This document shows, in pieces, positions 31,523-40,800 of a DNA stretch of 56,807 nucleotides. Positions within the stretch are counted from its first letter, which is position 1; each line of letters begins with the position of its first letter. The position numbers were made by a program, and so were the translations under genes. The notes below the pieces were generated by a model. It was given only the letters and a program-made list of their open reading frames with translations. It made no database searches and was not told the DNA's origin. Source of the DNA: Bacteroidota bacterium (GTDB lineage Bacteria; Bacteroidota; Bacteroidia; UBA7662); NCBI GenBank assembly GCA_005799025.1, contig SYHX01000073.1, positions 1 to 56,807 of the forward strand, written 5' to 3'.

Positions 31523-32659
31523 CTATTTTTTCTCCCAGGTCCGATGAACAGCAGTTGCCTCGTAAATACTTTGAAGAAAATCCCTCTCAACATCCGATAA
31601 GACGAGACCCCGTCTTTGCATCGCCTTTTCAGCAGTTTGAGCAAATTTATCAAAGCGAAAAGTTTCCATGCCATGGGCACCACCCCAGGCAAAGGATGGG
31701 ATGAATTGACGTACAAATCCGCCTCCAAAAATATTAGCTCCAACCCCAACCACAGTACCCGTATTGAACATGGTATTAATTCCGCATTTGGAATGGTCGC
31801 CCATGATTAAACCACAGAAAGTGAGTCCCGTATTTCGAAAACTGCCCGAAGCGATATCCCATAGCTTAACCTGCTCGTAATTGTTTTTGAGGTTGGAATT
31901 ATTGGTATCGGCTCCCCAATTGCACCATCGGCCGATGACTGAATTTCCCATGAAACCATCGTGTCCCTTATTCGAATAAGAATGGAACACCGAATTGGAA
32001 ACTTCACCACCAACCTTGCAATAAGGGCCTACCGTGCTGTCGCCGTAAATTTTGGCTCCCATTTTGATTGTGCTATGCTCCCCAATGGCAACAGGGCCTT
32101 TGATCATGCTTCCAGGCATAATTTCTGCGGACTCGCCAATCCATATCGGGCCCTCCGAAGCATCAAGGACGGCGGATCGAACAATCGCCGAAGGATGTAC
32201 AAAGACCTGATCTGGACAATACACTGCGGTATGGGGATCAGGATTGACCCGTTGGGTCCAAGTTGGCAAGGCCAATTCACCACCTGCTTCCAAAAGCCAT
32301 CCCATATCCTTCCTAATCTGAGAGCCGTTCTTCAAGAAAATATCCTCAGGGTAGGCAATAAATTCTGCTTCGCCATCCCACTGAGTCCATTCCACGCATT
32401 CAGCCTGACCTTTCCAAACCAAATCCGTCTCACCTTGGCGCAAACCCTTATCTTGGCTTATTGATATCGCAGCAAGCAAGAGGTCATCGTTGGGAATAAG
32501 TCGTGAATTCACCGATAAGGTGGCCTCTTGACGTCGCCATAACAAGTTCCACTTTTGGGATAAGGTCAGTATACCAACCCGGCTGTCCTGAGGTCCAAGG
32601 GTGTAGGTTAACGGAAGCAATCCGTTAACTCTAGCGTCGGCGACAAAGGTCAGACCCAT
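31523..32659 (-). CDS. GlmU-family sugar nucleotidyltransferase-like protein with left-handed beta-helix
   Basis: LLPLT...RVGILT, hexapeptide repeats, NKGHDGFMG, GADTNNSNLKN, GLIMGDHSKCGINT.FNTGTVVG. Confidence 0.85.
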   Translation of the reverse strand: MGLTFVADARVNGLLPLTYTLGPQDSRVGILTLSQKWNLLWRRQEATLSVNSRLIPNDDLLLAAISISQDKGLRQGETDLVWKGQAECVEWTQWDGEAEFIAYPEDIFLKNGSQIRKDMGWLLEAGGELALPTWTQRVNPDPHTAVYCPDQVFVHPSAIVRSAVLDASEGPIWIGESAEIMPGSMIKGPVAIGEHSTIKMGAKIYGDSTVGPYCKVGGEVSNSVFHSYSNKGHDGFMGNSVIGRWCNWGADTNNSNLKNNYEQVKLWDIASGSFRNTGLTFCGLIMGDHSKCGINTMFNTGTVVGVGANIFGGGFVRQFIPSFAWGGAHGMETFRFDKFAQTAEKAMQRRGLVLSDVERDFLQSIYEATAVHRTWEKK

Positions 32660-32662
32660 ACC

Positions 32663-35326
32663 TCAAGCATCCCCCCCACTTGATGGGTTAGGCTCTTCAT
32701 GGCTCGTTTCATCGGAACCAGAAACCGCTGGTGAGCTGCTTTTACTTTTGCGGCTAGTCTTGGTTGGGGATGCCAAGGGAGACTTTTCTTCAGTGGAAGA
32801 ATTTAGACCTGACGGCTGAGTTACATTCGCTTGCATTTGGCCCTCATCGTTGACATCAAGGTTCAAAAAAGCACCTTTGGTCAATTGCCCACTAATCATT
32901 TGCTCGGCCACCACATCCTCCACGTATTTCTGAATAGCCCTCTTCAGCGGCCTGGCGCCAAATTGCGGGTCATAGCCTTTCTCAGCAAGCAAGTCAAAGG
33001 CTTTGCTGCTAAGCGCTACATGATATCCCAAATCCTTGATTCTGCCCAAGACCGGTACGAGAGTCAAGTGAATTATCCTGTCCAATTCCTGACGCTCAAG
33101 CGGATTGAAGATAATTACATCATCAATTCGATTCAAAAACTCGGGCGAAAATGTTTTCTTGAGAGCGCCTTGAATTACTGCCGAACTTTCTTTTTCGCGG
33201 GCATCCACTTTGCTTGGAGTCGTAAATCCAACGCCGGTTCCAAAATCCTTGAGTTGACGAGATCCAATGTTCGAGGTCAAAATAATTAGGGTATTCTTGA
33301 AGTCCACCTTACGGCCTAAACCATCCGTCAATTGACCGTCATCCAATACTTGCAACAGCAAATTGAATATGTCCGGATGGGCCTTCTCCACCTCATCCAG
33401 AAGAATAACCGAGTAAGGTTTACGACGAACTCGTTCAGTCAACTGGCCACCTTCCTCGTATCCAACATATCCTGGAGGCGCACCCACTAATCGAGACACG
33501 GAGAATTTCTCCATGTATTCGCTCATGTCGATACGGACTAAAGCATCTTCGGAATCGAACAGATAACGTGCAAGTTCCTTGGCCAATTCAGTTTTGCCAA
33601 CCCCTGTTGGCCCCAAGAAAATGAACGAACCCATCGGCTTACTGGGGTCTTTGAGGCCTGCCCTTGTGCGAAGAATTGCCTTGCTGACAGCCTCCACAGC
33701 CTTATCTTGACCAATAATTTTTTCTTTGAGGTCGGAGGGCATTTTGCCGATACGTTCTGCTTCAGACTGAGCAATACGTTTGACCGGTACACCGGTCATC
33801 ATCGCAACCACCTCTGCGATATGGTCATCGTTTACAGTGAATCGGGAACGCTTGGACTCTTCTTCCCAACGGCTCTTGGCATTCTCCAAATCTTCCAGGA
33901 CATGCTTTTCGTTGTCCCGAAGTTTGGCTGCCTCCTCGTAGCGCTGGCTCTTGACCACTTTGTTTTTGAGTTCTCGAATTTCCTCCAAGGCAGCCTCTAA
34001 TTGTATAACATCTTGTGGAACTTTAATGTTCCCGATATGTACTCTTGCACCTGCCTCATCAAGAGCATCGATTGCTTTGTCCGGCAAATACCTATCCGAA
34101 ATATAGCGATCAGTAAGCTTTACACAAGCAGCCAAAGCATCCTCGGTATAGGTTACCTGATGATGATCCTCGTATTTGTGCTTAATGTTATGCAAAATTT
34201 GAAGAGTCTCCTCTGCAGAAGGTGGATCCACCATGACCTTTTGAAAACGACGGTCCAGAGCTCCATCCTTTTCGATAAATTGACGGTATTCATTCAAAGT
34301 TGTGGCGCCAATGCATTGCAACTCTCCTCTTGACAAAGCAGGTTTGAACATGTTGCTAGCATCTAGGGATCCGGAGGCGCCTCCGGCACCCACCATCGTA
34401 TGAATTTCGTCGATAAACAAAATCACATCCGGCGATTTTTCCAGCTCGTTCATCACTGCTTTCATTCTTTCTTCAAATTGACCTCGGTACTTGGTACCTG
34501 CCACCAAAGAAGAAAGATCTAAGGTAACAATACGCTTATCAAACAAAATTCGGGATACTTTCTTCTGATGAATTCGAAGTGCCAAGCCTTCTGCAATGGC
34601 CGTTTTTCCAACACCTGGTTCACCGATGAGGATAGGATTGTTTTTCTTGCGACGACTAAGTATCTGGGAAACTCTTTCGATTTCGGAGTCTCTCCCAATA
34701 ATGGGATCCAATCGTCCATCTTCAGCAAGCAGAGATAAGTCACGTCCAAAATTGTCAAGGACTGGGGTCTTGCTTTTGGGGTTGGCCGATTTGCGAGGCA
34801 AATCACCAGACCCCTTTTTGTCATCATCCCCGTACGCGTCTTCGTATGATGATCGAGGAGAAGCCGGCGGCTCCGTCCTTTCTCTGCCCTCAATCATGGC
34901 ATCAATTTCTTCCTTGACCAACTCATAGGTAAGATCGAATTTTTCGAGTACCCTGTTGGCCAAACAATCCTCATCGCGAAGAATAGATAACAACAAATGA
35001 ACAGTGCCAATCAACTCGCTCTTTAAAAGCTTGGCCTCCAGAAACGTAATCTTAAGGATTTTCTCCGCCTGCTTGGTCAATGGAATTTGATCGGCCTGTA
35101 ACCCCTCCTTTTCGCCTGTATGCCGCATGGAGTCTTCGACAGCAGCTTTGAGTTTGTCAATATTTACACCGAGGTTACGCAAAGTTTTGATGGCCTGCCC
35201 ATCGCCTTCGCGGATAAGACCCAAAAGCAAGTGACCTGCGTCGATATAATCATGTCCCAAGCGTACAGCCTCTTCTCGGCTGAACGCAATGACATCCTTG
35301 ACCTTGGGAGAAAACTTTGCATCCAT
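32663..35326 (-). CDS. clpC: ATP-dependent Clp protease ATP-binding subunit ClpC
   Basis: Clp-N repeats, GEPGVGKT, LFIDE, UVR coil (YEEAAKLRD), GPTGVGKT, RIDMSEY, GARPLKR. Confidence 0.95.
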   Translation of the reverse strand: MDAKFSPKVKDVIAFSREEAVRLGHDYIDAGHLLLGLIREGDGQAIKTLRNLGVNIDKLKAAVEDSMRHTGEKEGLQADQIPLTKQAEKILKITFLEAKLLKSELIGTVHLLLSILRDEDCLANRVLEKFDLTYELVKEEIDAMIEGRERTEPPASPRSSYEDAYGDDDKKGSGDLPRKSANPKSKTPVLDNFGRDLSLLAEDGRLDPIIGRDSEIERVSQILSRRKKNNPILIGEPGVGKTAIAEGLALRIHQKKVSRILFDKRIVTLDLSSLVAGTKYRGQFEERMKAVMNELEKSPDVILFIDEIHTMVGAGGASGSLDASNMFKPALSRGELQCIGATTLNEYRQFIEKDGALDRRFQKVMVDPPSAEETLQILHNIKHKYEDHHQVTYTEDALAACVKLTDRYISDRYLPDKAIDALDEAGARVHIGNIKVPQDVIQLEAALEEIRELKNKVVKSQRYEEAAKLRDNEKHVLEDLENAKSRWEEESKRSRFTVNDDHIAEVVAMMTGVPVKRIAQSEAERIGKMPSDLKEKIIGQDKAVEAVSKAILRTRAGLKDPSKPMGSFIFLGPTGVGKTELAKELARYLFDSEDALVRIDMSEYMEKFSVSRLVGAPPGYVGYEEGGQLTERVRRKPYSVILLDEVEKAHPDIFNLLLQVLDDGQLTDGLGRKVDFKNTLIILTSNIGSRQLKDFGTGVGFTTPSKVDAREKESSAVIQGALKKTFSPEFLNRIDDVIIFNPLERQELDRIIHLTLVPVLGRIKDLGYHVALSSKAFDLLAEKGYDPQFGARPLKRAIQKYVEDVVAEQMISGQLTKGAFLNLDVNDEGQMQANVTQPSGLNSSTEEKSPLASPTKTSRKSKSSSPAVSGSDETSHEEPNPSSGGDA

Positions 35327-35353
35327 GGAACGTGCTTTGGTACAAAATTAGAC

Positions 35354-35369
35354 ACAAATTTCGTGCCAA
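35354..35369 (-). promoter_or_regulatory. Sigma-54-like -24/-12 promoter upstream of clpC
   Basis: Minus strand TTGGCACG-AAAT-TTGT against consensus TGGCACG-N4-TTGC; a TAATTTTG -7 box also lies at 35343-35350. Confidence 0.55.
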
Positions 35370-35464
35370 ACCTTGATATGATCCAAAATTACATGGATCC
35401 CGTCCTCGGCATACAAAGTGCCTTCAAAGCACCATAGACATCATTGAAATGCCTTATTGGAACC

Positions 35465-37714
35465 CTATGGACGGTGTATCAACAAACGCTCCTGTCCAAA
35501 GTGGCCTTGATGAAGGACTTCAACCAGGTAAATACCTTGGGGCCACCCGGCTGTTTCCAAGTCAGCAATAGCGTTTCCGGCCTGCAAATACCATTGATCC
35601 TGATGATGCAAACGGCCTTGAGCATCCATAACACGAACAAGAACCTTGGCGTCCCCCTCCAAATCAAGAGCCAATCGGACCCTATCCGTACCAGGATTAG
35701 GGAAAATACGAAAACGGGTGCTTGAAATTTCGGTTAAAGGACGAATCGAAGAGCCTATGGAAGTCCCAAAACCATCAACATCGCTACGATTCCGCGGCTG
35801 TAATTTCCAATTCCCAAAGTTGTAAGTCAAAATGCCACGGATGAAATTCAAGCGCTGACGGAATGTCAGTGAATCCGTGTTGAAATTCTGACCGAGGTCA
35901 AGACTTGACAAGGAAACCCCGCCACGAACCCTTAAGCCTGCGGCGACCGATGAATCTGCATAAATACTGAATTCTCCAAAATTGCTGGGCGCATCCGGAT
36001 TTTGATTCACCACATAAACTGAATCAAACACTAACAAAGAGGATTCATGTGGTTCCGTATAAGAAAATCTCCTTGCCATAATGGAATCCATGGGTACGCG
36101 GAAAGCCGCATAGGGCTGGCCAGGAACAATAAACTGATAATCCAAAACTTCAAGGGTGGTAATACCGAAGTCTTCGACGACCAAGCCCTTTTTGATCCAA
36201 ATACTATCTCCCCTGAGACGGGTATCAATATCCGTTGAACCATTGTTATCAGGACGCAATGTGATTCCTGTCCAAGGTCCCACACCATCCTGGAAAATGA
36301 TCCTCCCGTAATCCGACGGATCCAGGGTGGACATGATTCTACCTCTGATTTGCATGCTGTCCAAAACCATGCCATCGTAAATAGAGCGACCGCCAATAAC
36401 CGGTGATTCTTGAATCTCCGATACTCGGGTAATTCCCCCGTTCATCACCCTAAACAACCCAAAGGATTGTATCGTATCTGGCTGTACCCCGTTATTGTTC
36501 TGATTATCGGTTGCACGGATATAGTAATGAAAAAATGCGCCGTTGGTGGTGAACACTGAGCCAGGAATGATCGCCTGAAAAGAATCCGGAGCGACCACGG
36601 TCATCGTAACCGAATCATAGAGACCTCCTGTAACACCTGGGGCATAAAATAATTTAGCAGCGGTCACCGAACCGTCCAAGTCCACAATGCGGGCTCCGAT
36701 GCGTACGGTATCCCCTACCTTGGGCACCGATGGACTCGCTTTCCAGTTGCTAATGAAGGGTGGCGATGCCATCACCGAACCGAGGTCAGATGGCGTCAAG
36801 GGGATTATTTCGTACCTCGGATACAAATTTCCAAAATTGGTTTCGGTAATCACACCCCGTACGTGAGAAAACACCTTGCCTTGTTGAACAAAGACCGGAG
36901 CACCGGGATTGGGCGGAACCGATGCCGTAGAAGAAACAAAAGGAGGGCGAAAGAATCGAATCGCATCGCGTACATTGATTTCGGAGCCTGAAGCATCCCT
37001 CAGCATCCAACTAACCCTACCACCCCCAAAAGTGCTTACGTTAGTTACCAACACATTATTAAACTGAACATACATGCCTTCGTAGGGTTCTCCACTAGGC
37101 TTTTGAATTTGTTGCGGTACGGCCGGATTGTTTGGATCATACACCATGAACAAATTCATAAAAGAAGGTCGGGGAGGCCGAGGCGCACCAAATCCCAAAA
37201 CTGTGCTGGCCACACCAATTAAATTCAATTGGGTTTCCCCTGAATTAGGCGAAGCATCTTGGTATTCTCCTACGATACCGGTACATTCCACGATATTGCC
37301 TACCTGGAAATTACTAAAAAAGCCAATCGCAGCGGAATCCGCAAGAATGGGCAAACGAACGAGCAGGCCCTTCCATACTCCATCCGCTAAACCCAAGGTA
37401 TCCACCAAGTAGGTCGCTTTCCAAGAGGTACTCAGGGCGTGATCTCTAGGATTTAAAATAACCATCCCCCGTACCCTGACTGTATCCCCCATAAAGCGGG
37501 ACAAAGTTTTGCCGGTGAGCAGGGTGTCTTGATTCACCCACTGAATTGAATCAATGGAACGCAAAGGGTACGTTTGAGCATTCGCCTGCTGGAATAATTG
37601 AAGGCCCAGCAATGCCACGCACAAGACCCAAAAATGCAGAAAACTTTTCGCGAAAGTCCCATTGGATGCAATTGCGAGTCCATGTCCTGGGGCAGAAGGT
37701 TGGTTTTTTATCAT
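35465..37714 (-). CDS. T9SS-secreted protein with repeated OB-fold-like domains and an Ig-like domain
   Basis: Signal peptide ending ANA-Q; C-terminal IFPNP...DAQGR...GIYLVEV CTD; repeats EPYEGMYVQF / EPHESSLLVF and YEIIP / WKLQPR. Confidence 0.8.
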   Translation of the reverse strand: MIKNQPSAPGHGLAIASNGTFAKSFLHFWVLCVALLGLQLFQQANAQTYPLRSIDSIQWVNQDTLLTGKTLSRFMGDTVRVRGMVILNPRDHALSTSWKATYLVDTLGLADGVWKGLLVRLPILADSAAIGFFSNFQVGNIVECTGIVGEYQDASPNSGETQLNLIGVASTVLGFGAPRPPRPSFMNLFMVYDPNNPAVPQQIQKPSGEPYEGMYVQFNNVLVTNVSTFGGGRVSWMLRDASGSEINVRDAIRFFRPPFVSSTASVPPNPGAPVFVQQGKVFSHVRGVITETNFGNLYPRYEIIPLTPSDLGSVMASPPFISNWKASPSVPKVGDTVRIGARIVDLDGSVTAAKLFYAPGVTGGLYDSVTMTVVAPDSFQAIIPGSVFTTNGAFFHYYIRATDNQNNNGVQPDTIQSFGLFRVMNGGITRVSEIQESPVIGGRSIYDGMVLDSMQIRGRIMSTLDPSDYGRIIFQDGVGPWTGITLRPDNNGSTDIDTRLRGDSIWIKKGLVVEDFGITTLEVLDYQFIVPGQPYAAFRVPMDSIMARRFSYTEPHESSLLVFDSVYVVNQNPDAPSNFGEFSIYADSSVAAGLRVRGGVSLSSLDLGQNFNTDSLTFRQRLNFIRGILTYNFGNWKLQPRNRSDVDGFGTSIGSSIRPLTEISSTRFRIFPNPGTDRVRLALDLEGDAKVLVRVMDAQGRLHHQDQWYLQAGNAIADLETAGWPQGIYLVEVLHQGHFGQERLLIHRP

Positions 37715-37758
37715 GGTTTTCTAAAATAATGAAAATGTTGAAGGGAAATCTTAAATTA

Positions 37759-37801
37759 GGGCGCTCTGTCGATTAATCATTGAACAAAGCGCCCAAAAGT
37801 A
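37759..37801 (-). promoter_or_regulatory. Stem-loop adjacent to a -7 promoter box (leader structure or terminator)
   Basis: GGGCGCTTTGT...ACAGAGCGCCC inverted repeat at 37759-37794; TACTTTTG at 37794-37801. Confidence 0.5.
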
Positions 37802-37865
37802 AGTTAGCGGAATGAAATCTAAATCAAATCTGGAAATTGAAGGAAAAAGTTTAATCCCAAGTCGT

Positions 37866-40800
37866 TCAAGGAGAAATAATCCATTTTAGGGGGCCTACAG
37901 TAGGCTGACCCGGCTCTTGAATCCTGACCCAGTAGGCTCCTGGTGGTAAATTGGGGGCGGTTATTCCACCATTTCGTAGCCCTTCACGGTGCCAAGGCCT
38001 CCCCACCACACCCAATGCCATGGGAAACCATTCTGCTTGAGCCTGACTTGACTCTTCGGGCTGTCCATTCCACTGCAAGACCTGGCCCGGCCGGATAGGA
38101 TTGGGGCCGAATAAAGGCAGGGTATTTTGTATAAATCTCCTGTTGGCTGCCTGACAATCAGGGTCTATGTAATTCTGTGGAACCCTGAGGATAAGCTGGT
38201 GAAGATTAGAATTCGGACCCCACAAGCAGGGGGATGGGGTATGCTTGTCACGGCCAAGGGCACAAATCCAATAGGCTTGAACGCGCTCCCACCGTAAATC
38301 AGGCAAAGCAGGTTTCCACGAAATCATAGTAATTTCCTTAGTCCGTGAAATTTGTTTCTGCCATACCAAGGCCTCGGATCCGTTGCGGAACATTTCCTGA
38401 CCACAAGTATTCATCCATTGCGTCCAACGACGTTGAGCATTCAAGAAAAAAGGATCTTGTATACCGCCAAAACGTTCCATCCATTCCAGCATCTCTAGGC
38501 TTAATTGGGCCCAATACTGAGTCAAAATGGAATAATTCGAAAGTCCATTGCAGGCAATCTCCATGCTTTGACAGGTGCTGTTCCATGCTCTCAACAGCGA
38601 TCTACGCCTATTCATCAAATTCAAGGGGGAGGGAATAGACCAATCGTTGGCGATTTCATGCAGGCCCTGAGCCAAGGCCTGCAAGGAGTCCGCAAAGGTG
38701 CGGCCCAAGGAAGCAAGGTTTCGTTCGCGTACATAGGCAGACCCACCTCCCGTTGCCATACGGTTTTGGCAAGCAAGCGCCGAAGAGCTTGACCCGCTGC
38801 TCAAATAAACCAAGGGGTTACCATCCCAATCCACCAAATTGGCAGGGATCAACCCTTGTCGCAGACTCATTCTATTCCCATGTAATTCCAATCCGTATAG
38901 TCCTCCCCGCTGAGGAATTAAATACTGCAAGGCCAATCCGCTCAGCATCCCATCCAGATGCCAACCTGTTCCACTAAAGGAATTTTCGCCATTTCGCAAA
39001 TAAAGTAAATCCACCTCCTCCAAATACAAAGCCGTACGGTTGTTACCAAATTGATTCAAAGCCCCATTGCCCAGCCATACCTGGGTATTCCCGGCATACC
39101 ATCCCGTCTCGTTACGAGAAAAACCGCTGCACATGACCTCTACCCTCAATTGTCCAAAGCTGAACATACCGGTGCGGTTGGAATCCAATCTGCATTCCTG
39201 CAACCGTAACAATGCACCTGCCTGACCCATCACATCCACCCCACTCACATGACCCACCCACTCTGATTGCAGCGCGCGGCTCAAACCAATGATGTCATAT
39301 CCTCGCCAACCAATACGGTTGTTTCGAAATCGGCAACGAAGCAATTCAATTCCCGCCGAATGAGTTTCCAAACCAATATCGTTACCTACGAATTCAAGAT
39401 CCCGAATTTGAGGCCTGGACATCACCCCAAAAAGGTGGAGCCTAAGGCCGGTTTGCATATTCGTGATTTGAACCTCCGAAAGATTCCTGAGGGCTGTGCC
39501 ATGAACCACCCATGCAGTCCCCGGTCTACGATTGGTATTTTCGCCAACCCGACAGCGTTGCACTGAAACCGAGCCGTAACATTCCCATGTGGAACCCGAA
39601 CTGATACGCACACTGCACGATTCCAACAAAACAGCATCTTGCAGCGACCCCAAATGCCAATGGCCCTCAATCACCAAACGTAAATGCTCGGCGGATCGCC
39701 CCCTTAATTCCAGGGAGGCAGCTGCCCCAAAAGACCAACGAGAAGAAGGATGCCTTGCAATTACCCAAAGGATCCCTCCCCCCATGGGGGCTAGACGGGC
39801 TCCGGGATGCAGGATTACCTGTCCGTGGATTTCGAGAATGGAAGAATCGCCTTGCAATTCCACCACAGCGCCGGGATGAATTTCCAAGACGGTACCGGTA
39901 TCCAGGCGTAACCTGTACCCGTTCTGTATGGTCAAACGACTACCTCGACGAAGAATCAAACGAGTCCCGGACGCAAAACGAACCGTGGAAGCATCATAAC
40001 CCCAGCCACCGCCGGGCCGCCCTATTTGCATTAGGGCATCCGTCCCGAGTTCAACCCGAACGGAATCGCAGGCGCTTGCTACCGTTGCAATTTCCCTGTC
40101 TGCATTCGTAGGCAAAAAACGTGTATGCGCAACCTCGTTCACCCGCAGTGGCCCACCTCCAAATATGCGTAATCCTGAACCCGCTCCAAGACTTAAGGAT
40201 GGAATGCGAATATCCGAGTTGAATGGAAGGTATGGTACGGAAAGAAGATGCCAACCTAAATCTAGGGTATCACCTTGTACCAAGGTAAGGGGTCTTGAAG
40301 GATTCGTGCTCGATGAACGCATCCAATCCATGGCCCTGCCTGCCCATGTTCGGTAAACCATCGCGTGCGGATCATTGGCATGATGCTCACCCCACAAAGG
40401 CCTGCTTATCCAACGTTCAAAATTGAATGGGCTCCAAGGAGATAGAATGGAAACCACAGGCACAAAGGGCGATGATATAATGTTCAGCGCTGAAACCGAA
40501 CTCACGAAAGTATGCAGGGAGACAGGTTCGGTACTTTGTACAAAACGGTCAGCGCTCACCACTCCAAAGTTGGAATAGTCTCCAGGAACATAATCCACAC
40601 CCCACCGAGGTGCCGTATTGATCACCGAGTAAACGCCCAAACGATTCCGATCAAGGTGACTTTGCCAATCTCCTTCCAACATGGTTCGAAAACGATTGTG
40701 GATCCCTGCGGCAACCAACTGCCTTGATATCAAAAACCAAGGAGTCCACGGTGGATAGGCCATGATGGCAATTTTATGAATCAACGTATTCAACGCCAAG

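Noticed and set aside
35332-35432. GTGCTTTG...CAAAGCAC inverted repeat upstream of clpC
   Set aside because: Only 8 bp with a spacer of about 85 nt; compatible with chance.
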